64,000 nt of DNA, from the NCBI GenBank assembly GCA_044892525.1, contig CM097886.1, forward strand, positions 69,812,001 to 69,876,000, read 5' to 3'. This document shows positions 42,101 through 54,400 of the stretch, one piece after another; position 1 is the stretch's first letter; each line of letters begins with the position of its first letter. The notes under the pieces are model-generated. The model was not told the origin of the DNA. It saw only the letters and a program-made list of their open reading frames with translations, and did no database searches. A program made the position numbers and the translations under genes. Source of the stretch: Schmidtea polychroa (Eukaryota).

Positions 42101-45100
42101 TAGTTGTAAATATAATAATCTTTATGATTTAATCACTAAATTTTTAATATGTGAACAATTTGCGATTTATTGCTGTATTTACTATTTAAAGTGTTATTAG
42201 TGATTTTCTGTTACTTATACTCGCATTTAGTTTCATGAAATTATTTTGTTAAAGAATAGATAGGCGAAATTCAAGACCTACGACGAATTAGCCATTTATA
42301 ACATTGAGTCAATGGGAAATAAAACCTCTCCTTACGACTGCTCACATTACTTCTTTTCAGCAACCAATTAGGTCGTAATTGCGGGGGTTTACTGTATTTA
42401 GTAAACTCTCTTCTATAAATATTGCAGTATAATTATGTTTGCTACTTTTACGATTCCCTTGAATCTGTTCAATACAATTTCTCCATTCCCATGTGACATA
42501 ATACGATAACATCGCGTAATTTGCAACAAGGTATTATAAACTTATTATATTATTATACCAAAATGTTTTAGGAACTATAAAATCTCTTAGTATAATAATT
42601 ACAATTTATATTTTTAATTAGTAATTATAATCGTAAATTTGAACATTAAGTCTAACTTTTACCGTCATGTTGTTTAAATAGAATAAACAAAATTATTACA
42701 AATTCAATAGTTTTACTTGTATTAATTTTTGACAAGCATTCAATAGATTATTTTGAGCATTTGGATCAATCGGATTTTCACGGATTTTTGTGCAAGCTAA
42801 AATGACTTCCGGCAAAACGATTTCAGTCATTTCTTGAGCTTCACTGCAAATCTTTATAAAATAAAGAGAAATTGTTTAGAAAAAATCTCTGTTTTAAAAG
42901 ATTAACTTGATAATTGCTTGCTCTAGTTGTTTTAGCTGCTTCCTGTGAACTGAGAACCAACTGATCAGCAGTGAGAGCAGTTTGCCTACCAGCAAATTCG
43001 AGTCCTTTAGATAAACGTTGTCGGATGATTTCTCCAGCAGTCATATGGGCTACGGATGTCATATGATGAGCTGCTTGCATTAAACCTTGTTGATTTTCTA
43101 ACGTCTGTTCAGACTCTTTCACACATATCTATATTGTTAAGAAAATTATTTTTTTAAAAGTTAGTAATTCAAATTTCACTTTTTTTCATTTTTTACAAGT
43201 AAAATATGTTAATTAATAATTAATAATTAAAATATTTACCTATAAAAATATGTAAATTTTAAAAGTTATTCAGATATGTATTCAAATATAAGTTATTGTA
43301 TGTACTTTAGATGCTGTAGACATTTTTAATTTTTTTTATTTCTCAGACTTTACAAGTCTTTTTAAAAATTAGTATGAAAAAATTTAGAAAAATTCTAAAA
43401 TTATTAAAATATTGAAATTTTATATTTAAAATGGGTTTTAAAACTTATAAACTTTATATGATTTAAGCTAGATTTGTATCCAAAAAATGTTAATAATATA
43501 TTAATAAGCACCAATTATCGTTAATTTTATGATTATTAAATATCAAAAAAACACTCGTTAAAGTTTTACCTTAGTTGCATGCACTAATTTTCCAACGGCA
43601 TCAGTTAAAGCTTGAGCTGCAATCATAAGACGTCGTTGACGATCTGAATCTAACGAAGACGTTGACTGAGAAATGTTATTTTGCGGAGATTGCACCAATG
43701 CTGCACTGCTGAGACAGTCAGCTAGTTCAGTTCCTGCTTCAGCTAATATTTGTGCCTGTGTCACCATTTCTAAACTGTTTCCAATTGCTGCTGGAAGTCT
43801 TTCACTTGCTGACAAAAACTTTGTAACCAATGGATCTTGATGAGCCTGAAATTATGATTTTCAATTTCAAACTTAAATAGTATGTTTGAGTCTTCAATAT
43901 AAATTCAATAATAATAACTTATAATAAATAACAATTTGTCAAGAGCAGAATATTGTAAAATAAAATACAAAATATTGTAAACCCGAGCCGTGAAATTTAA
44001 CTAAATATTTTTTTTAAAAGCGCCGCAGTTATGCAAACAAGTTTATTTACAAAATTATTTTAGAAAGATCATATTATTAAAGCTCCGATTTAAAATACGG
44101 TAATACTACTTTTAACTAGATTTATTTAAAAACTTTATTTAAAAAACATTGTTTCACTAAGTTATTAGAAATTTTATAATTAAGAATTTTAAATATTTTT
44201 GTCGGAACATAAATAAAGTCAAACTTAATTACGAGAATTTTCAATTATCACTTGAGAAAATAAATAAAATAAATTCTGACATGTATTTGGACTTCGTCTT
44301 TAAATAATCTTACAAATTTTTAATAATAGTTTACATGACGAAAATCAAATGCTTAATTAATTTTTCGTTATATTTCTTACGAAACTTGAATTACATTCGA
44401 ATTTGTGAGTTTATAATTTTCATAATTTTGAATAAAGGATTNNNNNNNNNNNNNNNNNNNNNNNNNNNNNNNNNNNNNNNNNNNNNNNNNNNNNNNNNNN
44501 NNNNNNNNNNNNNNNNNNNNNNNNNNNNNNNNNNNNNNNNNNNNNNNNNNNNNNNNNNNNNNNNNNNNNNNNNNNNNNNNNNNNNNNNNNNNNNNNNNNN
44601 NNNNNNNNNNNNNNNNNNNNNNNNNNNNNNNNNNNNNNNNNNNNNNNNNNNNNNNNNNNNNNNNNNNNNNNNNNNNNNNNNNNNNNNNNNNNNNNNNNNN
44701 NNNNNNNNNNNNNNNNNNNNNNNNNNNNNNNNNNNNNNNNNNNNNNNNNNNNNNNNTCACCACTGACTTCTTTTCTGTTGACATTGTATTTATTAAAAAG
44801 CTTGACTATGAATCAGTAAATATATCGACGTTTTTGATATTCATGAATTTTCGGCACTGCCTTTTTCAAATGAATTTGATTATTATTATTATCATTATTA
44901 TATATTGTGATGAAAATAGTAATTACAATTAAATAAATAAATATTATAAATAAATAAATTAATTAATTAATTGGGGATCATAACGTCAAAATGTGACATA
45001 ATCACAAAATTTGTTTTTGTTTAAATATTGAGAAAATTCAACAAAACCAAAATAAAGATTTCACAGAATATCTTACAGTTATTGAGTTTATAATGAGATG

Positions 45101-48100
45101 TTGTTTTAACTTATCAATGCTTTCACAAATCATGACCACAGTTTCATCCAATTGTTGATATATTGCCGAGTGGGTTTCAATCAAGGGTTGAACCCGTTGC
45201 ATAACATTATCAACTGAGTCGATCACCTATATATAATACAGTTACAGTCAATTAGGTTTTATAATAATTATAAAATTTCATAACTTGTTGAGCCGAAGCA
45301 TGTAATTGTTGTTGTGATAATGGTTGCTCAATCGAACATGCCACTACTTTGGCTGCTGATATGAGCATACTAGTAGCTTTTCCACTATTTTTAGCTGCGT
45401 GAATTAACAGTGCTTGAGCTTCCGTACCCTGGGTTTCTTTCAATGCCACTGAAGCTTCTTTTACAATTTTCACCATACCACTGACCAAATTTGCAATTTG
45501 CTAAAAAAATTTTATAATAATACCAAATTTTTAGTACTTATAATTTTTAAATACTCTGATTAAATTCTGAAAATATCAAAATATGGATACATATGAATAG
45601 GTTTTAGTTGTCTCGTTGTAACTCTCTTTAACGGCAACAGATTCCGATCGAAGATTATCATTAGCCCATCGTTGTATCAAAATGAGTGACTTGATGATAA
45701 TCTTTATTAACCCATTGAGACCGGGAAGGACATATACGTCCAAAGCTAATTTTTTGATTAATAATAATATTTTGTAAAATTATATGTAAAATAAGTGTCA
45801 GTTGCTTTTACAAATACACAAGGAAACTTTTTATTATCCTACCTATGTATTTTAAATTTTATTTTTAAATATTTCTTTGGCAATTCTAAATAACAAGACT
45901 ATATCAACTGAAAAAAAACAAAGTTTGGTTTTGTTAACACCGTCAAACTGCTTAGCAATTAACTACTTAATTCACTCTCACTTAGTACCTTTCTTTTTGC
46001 CATAATTTGTAAATACGTGCTCTTCGGAAGACGTTACATGCACAACTGGCTTGTCTATTACACATAACGTAAGTATCGGCTAACACTCGTCGAAATATGT
46101 TTGAACATGTCTGTAGTGAGCAGTTACACGGCCTTAACAATATCTATATAAATATTATTTACTATATTATATTATATTATATTATATTATATATATAAAT
46201 GGGGATCATTAGCGAATAAGGATCAATCAGAACACAATTATGGCCAATCAAATATCACCATAATTGCACATTAGCTGGAACATCGCAGTCTACTATATCT
46301 CACTCCAAGAGTCAATCAAAATTCATACAGTCAGCTAATACTTCTACTTATCAATCAGGCTCTATTAATCAATCTCAGACGAGTAAAGCAAATTCGATGC
46401 CATGTTATTATTATCAAGATTAACTGTATTCGGCCCCCAATAGTTTTAGTGTTGACTCTCATAGACCAACATCTTCATCCATTATAATTCGCGAAATATG
46501 TAACAAATCCTAACAATAATATGAACCCGAATAGAATTGTTATCCAACCAATTCACAAATCAATTATGGATCCAAGAAATAACGAACAAATAATTTGATT
46601 GGGATATCTGAATAAATTGGAAGCTTGATAATTAATTGTTACTTTTTATGATTAGTAGTGAACAATTAAATACATTTTTTTGGTTAATCAAAGAATATCG
46701 TGTTTTTTTGAGTTATAATAAATAAATCATATTTATTTATGGATATTAAATCAAATCATGTTGTTTTTATTTTGTAAGTAAATAATTCTTTTTTTGAATA
46801 TATTCTTTGTGAGTTGAAATTTAAAAAGTGTAACTTTGAGACAATAAATTATTTTGTGATTCTAAAAAGATATGTGTTATTCCTTTATATATTCAAGATT
46901 AATGCATTTGTATTATTGTAACAAATGCCACCTATTCATACGCCGTTGGAAGAATGGATTAATAAAATTAACGCTTCGCCAGTTTTGGTTATCTTCCGCA
47001 AAACTACATGTCCCTATTGCTTGAAAATAAAGAAATCATTGCAAGAAGTTAATATTAAATATGCTGATGTTCAAATAAATCTTATGGCTAGGAAACCAGA
47101 TTTGATTACCTTAACCACCACAGTGTCTCACGTATGTGACGAAATAAAGTTTCATACATGGCCATGTCTGTCATATACGCCTGACAAAAATCACATTGTT
47201 TTTCCTGAAAATTTGGTGAAAAGATTTTTTTGCAATAAAGCATTACATTTCTTTCTGTTGAAGTATCTAAATTATTTAATAAAATTACTAAGGCTCAGGA
47301 GGAAATTTAATTAAATTTAGTGTGGTGATTAATGTGTTAAAAGACTTAAAGCTAGATATCATATTAACTTATAAATATCCGTTTTCAATTTAAACTATTG
47401 AATGTTATTTTTTAGTATTGCTGAGACAAAACAGAACCTCTATTAGGTTTTATTTCCACTCTCGTTCCCGTGTCTTTAACGACATAAAACAAAATGTTTT
47501 AAAAAAACTATATGGCGATAATTTACTGTCGTAAATTATCACTATAGTAAAACACACAAAATAAAACGAAAACTAATGAAAAATTAAGAAATCAATAAAA
47601 AAATTACAAACTTAAAAAACCACAGAATACTGATACTTTATATCCAGTGACAATCGAGAAGAATAATCAAAAACGAATATTCAACAAATCAACTTTAACC
47701 AAAGAAATCCTTTGAAATTTTGATCACTAAATCGTGTCAAATATACTTTATATCCAGTGACAATCGAGAAGAATAATCAAAAACGAATATTCAACAAATC
47801 AACTTTAATCAAAGAAATCCTTTGAAAATTTGATCACTAAATCGTGTCAAATATACTTTGTATCCAGTAACAATCAATATACCATCCTGCCCTAATTCTC
47901 ACTATCAGAACTCTAGAACTATCTCTAACAATATAAAGTGTATTTGAATAAAAGTTTTAAAATTATATAATTATTATATAATCCCTTACGTTTTGGTGCC
48001 CTACTTCGCAATATCTATCAGAATAGAATAAATTCCCCCGAACCAAGTTACTAGCTACCTAACCGTTCCAGGTTTGGTTGAGCCAACAATATTCGGACAT

Positions 48101-48355
48101 AAACAGGTCGTATATTATTTGTTAATTAATAAAAGTGTTTGTTGATTACGTTGTCTATTATTAATTCCTTTTTAATCATTCGATTTTGTAAACATTCATA
48201 CGAAGACATTTATTGGTTACATACACGCACCCCGATTGTCCCGCCACAATTTTTTATCGGTGACTCTATCGGGTTCATCAAATCTCCTTTCACATACGAC
48301 CGTATATTGCAGAAATACTCAAATAACTAAGTATACACCATCAAACTTTACAACA

Positions 48356-48405
<50 letters not shown>

Positions 48406-51400
48406 CAGAAATAGTGAATATTAATTAAAAATTTCTGACCACAGACATTATTTACTCAGTGCATTATATGAATAATTACTTTTGCATCTGTCAGCAGAGT
48501 ATCTCTGGTTTGCCATTCTAAATCGGAAATCGAATTTTGTTCAACTGAAATGATGTGCAAAAGAAGTCGACTAGCTTCCCCCACTTTGTTGACCGCTTCC
48601 ATGAGAGCTTTATCTGAGAATGCAGGCTTTTCACCATTGATTGATTCGTCAGATAAACTGGCGTCACTCTAAAATAGAAATGTATCGTAAAAAAGGATTT
48701 ACAATTTCGAACTTTAACCCACTTCAATATTGATAGGTTTTGATGCGTTTAGTAAATCTTGAAAGGCATTTAATAACGTCTTCGCCGCTTCAATTAAGTT
48801 TCCACCATTAATGTCTTCTTCGTCTGTTTCAAAAGTCATTTCGTAAACATGTCGAATATTTTCCAAAAGTTTATCTGTGTTGTATCCGATTGTTGCAATA
48901 GCCGCATCAATACGGCCATAATCTAAAGTGAGAAAGAATCAACGCTGTTTGGATGAGTCCATAAATAACAAACCGTCATTGTCATCACTGTCTTCGTCAT
49001 GTTGCATCATCATCAGTAAGTTTCCGGTTGCCATTGTCATTGACATCAAGTTGCCTTTAACTCGAGTTTTTGCAATATCCAGTGTTTGCTTTCGATAATT
49101 TCTTGAACTCTGGAAAATTGATAAATGTAAATTTCCCGGTCATTTTACTTGTAATATAGAGACCGATTTTTAAAGTTATTTCTTTTTTGGAAAATGAAAA
49201 TCAAAGATTAACAGATAATTGTTTAAAATGCCATTTGATTCAAATTGGTCTGACCTCAAAATTTAACAATGTGCCATCTTAATTTGACTATTAATTTTAT
49301 TTTTAATTTATTTCAAAATATTTACGCAAAAAAAATAATGTATGCATATAAAAATATAAGATTGGTTACAGACCCTAAAACTCAGGGAAAAGAATATGAT
49401 TAAAAGATAGAAATTAGTCGGTTTTATGTGCTAGCATTGAATTTTATTTTACAAAATCTATTTATTCATGAATGCATTATACTGTTTTTATTAAAGGAAA
49501 AAAATAGCATCATTAATTGAATTAAAATGTGTAATTCATAAGAAACTTATCAAACACGTTGTGCTGTTTATTTTTTAATTACTTTCAAAATGACAACATT
49601 TATTAAATTTTTGACTATTTTATGCTCCAGTGATTCCATTTTTCAATGATTGATTCCGTTATCAGACGTCGTTTTTCTTTTGAGGACAAGCTGTTTTATA
49701 GTCTTCGGTATTTCCCTTTTACATGATGCATTTTTCATAACTTTAGATCATAATATTTTCCATCGTAAAAATAAAGTAAATTTTGTAATAGTGTTATTTT
49801 TTAAATTTGTAGAAACAAATTTGCATGACAATAAAAGTATTCTCAAAAATAAAATTAGACCCAGGTCGAAAATGTCAAATATTATAATTGTTTGAAAAAA
49901 ATTGAATTAATATGTAATTTTCGTAATTACAGATTTTATAATATAAGAGATATTTTTCATTTAAAAATAGCAAGTAATAAATAATATTTTGGATCTTGAT
50001 GCCCAATTTGTGAAACAAAAGAATGAGATAATATCAAGAGATACAAAACAATATAAACGGAATCAATTAACAAATCTAAGAAAATTAAAAAATAAATCAA
50101 ACTGAAATTGCAAAAATTTTCAAATGAATCAAAAATTATTACTAAATTGGATTTTAGTCAAAAAATTACTGCAAAAATAGAAATGATTCATTTTCAGAGA
50201 GGAGAGAAAATATGAATGGAAGTGTCCTAATGTAAAATGCACTGGATTTTGTCGATATTTATTTTTTTAAGTTCACTGGTCAGAATAAACAATTATCATC
50301 AACTACAGTAGTATATTTTGTTGACAGTGTATTTGACTAGTTGAGATATACACGAGGCAGTTATAAATAAACAATCATTAAAGCTTTACTTTCTAATAAA
50401 AATTAATATGAAATTATTTGTGAAATTACTATAGATTTTGTTGATGATGTATTTGACTGGTAAACAATAGACAATGCAGATAGTGGCCTTATGCACCGTG
50501 ACGCCCGCAAGCCCATGACCCCCAGATACTCATAATTTTGCAAGTGCAACCGTGGGCCATAGGGTTTATGTAGGATATATGGCTTAAATTTTCTCAGCTC
50601 AAAATAAACTACGGGCTTAAAAGCCACAGTGGTTTTATGTCAATGTGAATATCACACTATAGTGAGGTGGTATTCGGGGTTTTAGGTCATTCGTTACCAA
50701 TAGAATTGGATTTATTCAGGAGAAGACAACTGCAAGCCAAAGGAAATGTTTCAAAAAAGGACAATCCTGTAGATTTGGTTTCTAGGGAGCGCCGGGTTTG
50801 AATTTATTAAAAAATGAATTATGATGGAATGAAAGTTTCTGAAAGAGTCAAAAGAAAATGGGCCTAAGATGAAGTTGTCACAGTTGAGATGAAAAGAGAA
50901 ATGACTTTGATGACTTAACACTGAGTGAAGAATTAACACTCAAATGAGAATATTAAATACGAATTAAATGAAATAAATAGATTTATTTGTGTCATTGGGA
51001 GTTTTTTTTAAACTCAAATTTCCCAGTTAATTTTATATACATTATTATTATTAAGATAAACAGTACAAGCTTTGTGATACTCAGTGCAAATCCCAATAGT
51101 AGACTAGTTTCGAGCTTTTGGCTCTCATCAGTACTATGCAGGAGACGCGAAGTTTTCTCTTCGCGCCAGGTAAGTATATACAATATTGAGAGCCAAAAGC
51201 TCGAAACTAGTCTACTATTGGGATTTGCACTGGGTATCACAAAGCTTGTAATGTTTATCTTATCCGTAAAAAAATATTTTAATCCATTACAAATTATTAT
51301 TATTATTCAAATATCATTAATTATATCAATTTATTATACCAATAATGATTTAATTTTTTGTTTTTTAAACAAAATATATTTATGGATTTATAAATCTGTG

Positions 51401-54400
51401 CTAATTTTGGTATTGAATTTTAATTATTTTCTTATTATATTTTAGAGTTTTGTTTTGTTCACAAAATTATGATTCAGCAGCACTGATCATGTAAATTTTT
51501 TTTGTTAGATTCGGATAAAAATTATTAAATTGGAAACTTTAAACAAAAATTTCAATTTTGTAAAAATTTAACTTTGAAAGATAATTCCTTAAATATTCAT
51601 CTTTTATATAGTTCCTTTTATTTTTTGAAGAAAACCTTAATAATTTGAAATAATATTAAATTTTCTTTAATTTTTGGATTAATAATTTTCTATAAAATGG
51701 TTTTTGGATTAAAGATGCATTTTATTATTTTCGTCATACGCTTAATTTATTTATTCCCAATTTCACCTTAACTTATTTTAAAACTCTATTTTGGAAATTA
51801 CATTAAACTTGCCAATTACTATGGTAAAACTGTTCCAAAAAAGATGGATATTATTCGACTTTTATAAGTCATGTGGTATTAATTGGAAATTATACAATCT
51901 TTATATTGTTGTATATAACATTTCTCTGCAATGTAATTCATTTCATACACAACACTAATTAGTCTCTAATCTTGTATGATAGCACAAATTCATATATTTG
52001 ATGGGATAAATCGCTATTTTGGAATTTTCTTGTTTGTTCATTTTCATATATATCCATGTTGTAATAGTTAAGTTGTAAACATCAATATAATAAAAAAAAT
52101 AAAAATCATCTAATAGTAGCCAATGTTTTCTTTTGAATTTTTCTACAGTGCATTTTTATTTCAAAGTTTGTATTGTTTGCATTGTTAATATTAAAAGCAT
52201 AATGCCGAAAATGAAGAAATTTTTTGAACTTTTATTTACCAAATTAAACAATACTGATTAAATATACCTCATCGTTTCCTAATTTGGCAACTTCGATATG
52301 TTTATCTAAGTCTTCAGTAGCAGCTTTCAATATTTTCAAATTGTCGCCTATGCGAATCATTAAAGCTCGTTTCGGTTGACTAAGATCTCTAATTTGAAAT
52401 TTTTGAGGCTGGAAGATTACAATGTAAAACAAATTTTTAAAAAACGTCTGATGTAATTCAAATCTTACCTGTACATTAACATTCCCTTGACCGATTTTAC
52501 TGTCATTTCTAATAGCAATAGGCTGAGCTGGTCCCACTCGACCTTGTGAAACGACACCAATGTCACCACGAATCGGAATCTGACCAATTGTAGCGAGTGA
52601 ATTTTTTTCGAATGACATAGTGTTTTTGTCAATAAAATTATGTGATATAACGTTTGCTCTGTGATAAACGTTTTTAAAATGAAATTTTGAAATCATTTGT
52701 ACTTTGATGGAGCAACATTTTCTTCGATCATTGCAGTTTCTTCTTCGGCTTCGGCTGATAAATTATCTTTAGCTTTTTGCTTTTTAATTATAATATCAAT
52801 ATATCCACCGATTAGTTGAGCAATTTTCTCTCCTTCTGTTGTTTGAATTACATAATTTTCATCGGAATAATCTCCGAAATCCTAAAAAAATAATTTTATA
52901 AGAGCGACTAATCAGTAATTTCTGAAATGCAAAAACAGTGAGCAAAATTATCTCTAAACGAAAAAAGAAAGACGCTTATAAATTCTATTAAAAAAATCCC
53001 AGGTTTTGGAGAATGTTTATAACAGAAATTGTCTCAGCGGATCATGGCGCAAAAATTCGTGAATCACGCAGAGAACTGAAGGCGAGTGGCACGTCAAAGC
53101 ATTTATCGTATTTTATTTTTAATTTCATGGATTCTAAATTAAGATACCATTGAAAGTAAGGAGTATGTGAAAGTTTTCTCTAATGAAGAATATTTAAGAG
53201 AAACAGTAATAGTAATTAACAGGTAAGTGATTTAGAATTTAATTAAATTACTTTTTTAATTTGTTGTGTGGAAAATCAGCAAGGTTTGTCAGATTAGAAA
53301 AACGGCATTTTTCGAGTTACACAAGTGTGAATTTTCATTGACAAACTGATATTTTAGCTCTAAGTTTATGATTATTGTTGGTAACGGAATTAGTTATAAA
53401 AAAATAATTAAAAAGTTTATTTATTTGAATTAATTAATTGTTTGTAAAAGAAAATGTATATAATATAATATAATATAATATAATATAATATCATATTAAA
53501 TAAATTTGCCATTTCTAAAAATATTAATTGACAATTTTTATTCTTTCATAAACTTTTCAACCTTTTTCTCTTATGCTTTTCAAAATTCACACTGTATTTT
53601 TAATAATCAAGTAATTTTTAAATTTTATTTAAAAAATTTAAAATTTTTATGTTTTCAGTTTTTAAACCCTCACAAACATGCCTAAAGCTCTATATATAAC
53701 ATATTGATCATATATACCGATTCCAACTCCGCAATTTAAACAATTAATATTTAATTTATGTATAATTCTAAATACTAAACATACCAGGGAAAATAGTGAT
53801 GCTGTTGCTGCGTAACGCCGAACAGTAGTTAATGGCCAGTTTTGAATCATTTCTTTCGTTTTTTCATCGACACGCATTACGTATTCTTTACTAATGCCCA
53901 TTAATCGTGGTACCAGCTTGTTTTTTGCTCGTACTTTTTCCTGGAAATATATAAATATATAAAATTAAATTTGAACCAAAACAGGTTTAACTTTGACTAG
54001 AAAAAATGTTATTCCATATGTTTTTAGAGATCGGCACAATTGAGCATATATGACTTTGACATCTTTATCAGATTTTCCCGACAATTTTTCATATTGCTAT
54101 AAAAAGTAAATTATTATTATTATTTAGAATTTTATTTTTTTATTATTTTTATTATTAACAATTATTATCATTTAATATGATTAATTATTTTCATTTATTT
54201 ATTTATTTGTATAGTAATTTCTTTATTAATTATTATGTGAGATTTTCAAATATAATTAACAATAAATAAACAAAATATAAAAATTACTGCAATTATTTTC
54301 TTGTCGATACCCTTAGTTTTGACATATTCTTTTGGCAAGAATTCTTTCAAACTAAAGTAACTAAAATTTAGGATAATTTTATAAACCAGAATACTTTGAA

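Noticed and set aside
45635-45670. Third hammerhead-like sequence (minus: CTAATGA-TAATCTTCGATC-GGAA)
   Set aside because: Core mutated at two conserved positions and stem II broken; at most a dead relic.
47416-47446. 31-nt micro-exon that would fix the Grx phase mismatch
   Set aside because: It contains an in-frame TGA at codon 3, with no SECIS evidence.
47633-47875. CRISPR array or other prokaryotic features
   Set aside because: Head-to-tail tandem with no spacers, in a spliceosomal-intron eukaryotic context.
48236-48424. ORF with a poly-Ile tract
   Set aside because: It is the translation of the (ATT)n microsatellite.
50987-51445. ORFs 50987-51445(+) and 50992-51240(-) with self-similar peptides
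   Set aside because: The similarity comes from the DNA palindrome; the signal is RNA structure, not protein.
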